From Nymphaea colorata (Eukaryota): a stretch of 64,000 nucleotides of DNA. This document shows positions 60,709 to 64,000 of this stretch, piece by piece; position 1 is the first letter of the stretch; every line of letters begins with the position of its first letter. The stretch lies in contig NC_045138.2 of the NCBI RefSeq assembly GCF_008831285.2, positions 12,896,001 to 12,960,000 of the forward strand, given 5' to 3'. A program made the translations under genes and the position numbers. Under the pieces are notes generated by a model. It was not told the DNA's origin. It was given only the letters and a program-made list of their open reading frames with translations, and did no database searches.

Positions 60709-63700
60709 TTACGGTGTGATCACCGAAAGTTTGCCAAGAAGAAACTGAAAACGTGCTGAAGCAAGTGCCTTGGTGAAGAAATCTCCAAGTTGATATTCGG
60801 AAGGGACAAAGGATATATCGATTGTTCGGCTAAGATATTCTTCTCTCACATAGTGACAATCCATTTCAATATGCTTCGTCCTTTCATGAAAAGTATGATT
60901 GCTAGCAATATAGATGACACTTTTATTGTCGCAGCAGAGCTTGGTTGCTTCATTTAAGTCAATTCCAATGTCCTTCAATAAGCTTTTTAACCACACAATC
61001 TCCATGGTGGTGGTGGCCATGGCACGATATTATGCTTCAGTTGATGATAGAGAGACTTTATTTTGTTTTTTGCACCTCCACGAAATAAGAGAGACACCTA
61101 GAAAAACACAAAAACCGGTGGTGGAATGCCTGTTATTAGGATCTCCACCCCAATCAGCATCAGTATAGGCAATCATATTCAAGTTTGATGAGGAGGATAG
61201 AAAAAGTCCTTTAGTGATTGTGTGTTTGACATATCGAACAATCCTCAATGCGGCTCCCATGTGTACAGAAGTGGGTCTTTGTTGAAACTGACTTATGACA
61301 TGTACCGCATGTGATATGTCGGGCCTTGTGATGGATAAATATGTGAGAGCTCCAACCAATTGACGAAATGGAGTGGGATTTTCTAGAATTTCTCTATCAT
61401 CAATCTTCATCTTTACTCCTAAGGCTTCAGGAGTGTCTACCACCTTGTCATCAGTGATGCCTGATCTGCTTATAATGTCATTGGCAAACTTCATTTGTGA
61501 GAGTAAGTATCCTCTTCTACTATAAGCTACTTCAATACCAAGAAAATAGGTTAGTTTACCCAAATCAGTCATTTCAAATTCATTCTTTAGAAAGTCCTTT
61601 ACCTGCATAATTCCGTTGGCATCATTACCTGTAATAATCATATCATCTACATATAAAAGTAACACAATTATACCTATAATAGTATTTTTAACAAACATAG
61701 CAGTGTCAGAATAGCATGATTTAAAACCTTGTTTGAACATAACATTGCTAAACATGTCAAACCAAGCTTTTGGAGCTTGTTTCAAGCCATATAATGCCTT
61801 TCTAAGATAAAGAACTTTTCCTTGAGGTAAATCAAGCCCAGGGGGTGAATCCATGTATACCTCTTCATTTAAGTATCCATTCAAAAAAGCATTTTTGACA
61901 TCCAATTGATATATAGACCATTGTTTAATGGAGGCAATGGCAATAAGAGCTCTAACAGAGGTCATACGAGCAACATGGGCGAAGGTTTCTTCGTAATCAA
62001 TCCCATATTCTTGGGCATATCCTTTGGCAACAAGTCTAGCTTTATACCTTTCAAGTGATCCATCACTTCTAGTCTTGACGTTGTAAACCCACCTACATCC
62101 TATTGTCCTTTTCCCTATAGGAAGAGACACAATGTCCCAAGTTTTATTGTCTTCAAGGGCTCTAAGTTCATTGTTCATTGCTTCAATCCAATGTGGGTTA
62201 GTTTTGGCTTCTAGATAGGATGAAGGTTCAACATGAGAGTGATTAGCTAATAAGCAAGCTCTATGTTTTGGGGAAAAAGACTCATAGGAAACAAATTTTT
62301 GAGGTGGATGAGAATCTCTTTGAGATTTCCTAAGAGTAGGTTGAGACTCTTGGATGTTTTGTTGAGACCTCTTATAAACTATAACTTCTCTTGGTGATCC
62401 ATCACTTCTTGGTGAAGATCTATCAAAAGGAGTATTCTCAACGTCATTTTGAGCATCATTATGTGAAGAAGGCAAAACATCATCATCATTATCAACATCA
62501 TCATCATTTATCCATAAAAAAGAATAGTCATCTTCATGCTTGGGTTTATTTTCATTAAAGCCATTTTCTTCTTCTAAAAATATCACATTTCTTGAAACAT
62601 ACACCTTATCTTTTTCAATATCATAGCATCTATACCCTTTTTGAGTTTCGGAATAGCCAATAAAGACACATTGAATAGCCCTAGATGAAAATTTATCATT
62701 TTTGTCATTTAAAATGAAACATTTGCAACCAAAGACTTTGAATCTTTTATAAGTTGGCTCCAAATTAAAAAGTTTTTGAAAAGGTGAAATATTTTCTAAA
62801 ACTTTAGAGGGCATTCTATTAATCAAGTAAATGGATGTTAAAATTGCTTCAGCCCAAAAATTTTTTGAAACATTTTTTGATATAAGAAGAGCTCTTGTTG
62901 TTTCAAGAATATGTCTATGTTTTCTTTCGGCGACTCCATTTTGTTGGGGGGTTTTGGGACAAGACTTTTGGTGTATAACTCCCTTTTCTTTTAGGAATTC
63001 TTCAAATTCATTGGAAATGAATTCTCCCCCGGAATCACTTCTAAAAATTTTAAGGTTTGCATCAAATTGAGTTTTGATCATGTTGTAAAAGTTTTTAAAA
63101 TTCATAAAGACTTCCGATTTGCGTTTAAGAAAGTAAACCCAAGCATATCGAGAGTAATCATCCACAAAAATGACATAATAAAGCAAACCACCTTTAGACA
63201 TAATAGGAGCGGGACCCCATACATCCGAATGCACTAATTCAAAAGGTGCTTTTTCAACAAAATTTCTATTTCCAAAAGGTAAAGCCTTAATTTTGGCTTT
63301 AATACAATCATCACAAGAGATCATTTCTTTACATTTCTCTTCCAAAAAAGGGATACAAAACATTTTTCCTAAACTTGAATGCCCAAGTCTTTGATGTCAA
63401 ACTTGAATGTCACTCTTCTTGATTATATTGCAAGTAGGGTTGGAAAGATCCAAATAGTCAACATAGTAGAGATCATTTTTCCTAGAACCTTCCCCAATCG
63501 TCTTCTTGAAAAGATGGTCCTGTATCAAAAATTTATTTTGTGAGAAGATAATATCACATCCATGATTTGTTATTTGAGAAACCGACAAGAGATTTAAGTT
63601 AAGTTTGGGAATAAATCTAACTTTTGGTATTTTAAAAACTTTTGAATTAAAATTTTGATCAATATTCTCAACACATTTGATTTCAAGAGGAGTTCCATCG

Positions 63701-64000
63701 GCGATTTTAACAAATGGGCACGATTCTTCCTTAGTGCATTCGGTAAGCAAAGAATTACAAGGGGTCATATGAAGTGAAGCTCCGGAATCAAGAATCCAAG
63801 AGTACTTACTTGATGATGTAGATGCCACGGTTGCTCCGGAGATTGGAGAAGTCCCTCCTCCTTTGAAAAGCGGTTGAAGAGCATCAATAAGCTTTGGTTG
63901 GAGGGCACTTACAAGTTTGTCTAGGTCAAATCGATTGCTTTCTTCATACATTGTCTCAGCCACACTTGTCTTTTTATCAAATCTCCTCAATTTAGGACAT
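60709..64000 (-). pseudogene. Copia B gag-pol (end of gag, PR, IN, RT, RNase H) in a single frame with two nonsense codons
   Basis: WILDSGASLHM, *HQRLGH (stop at 63397-63399), LVHSDVWGP, QLDVKNAFL, LYVDDM, YTDADW, STEA*YRAM (stop at 61030-61032), HERTKHIE; the three ORFs share one frame. Confidence 0.93.

Larger units (their letters stand above)
60216..64000 (-). mobile_element. Ty1/Copia element B nested in element A, 5' part outside the window
   Basis: pol on the minus strand, PPT GAGGGGGG at 60697-60704, 3' LTR 60216-60696 with TG...CA termini. Confidence 0.93.

Overview
Flowering-plant nuclear DNA, AT-rich and dense in transposable elements; the species cannot be determined from the sequence alone. 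Positions 1-41.4 kb carry, on the minus strand, the 5' part of a CLUSTERED MITOCHONDRIA (CLU/FRIENDLY) gene: one inferred 5'UTR exon and 23 coding exons traced by hand with GT-AG borders and consistent phase, with the gene continuing past position 1. Its two ~10-kb introns are filled with elements. These include a near-intact hAT transposon (11131-14614, perfect 8-bp TSD), many non-autonomous hAT and Tourist-like elements, and a three-level nest in which a 3.1-kb solo LTR sits in a hAT deletion derivative that sits in a tandem MITE dimer. A decayed Athila-like Gypsy pol lies between CLU and a divergently oriented alpha/beta-hydrolase gene (exon 1 at 50053-50401). The long first intron of that gene holds more MITEs and an apparently gag-less Copia element interrupted by a younger, opposite-strand Copia. 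I found no evidence for a new biological system; the notable content is TE nesting, family relationships and target-site bias.
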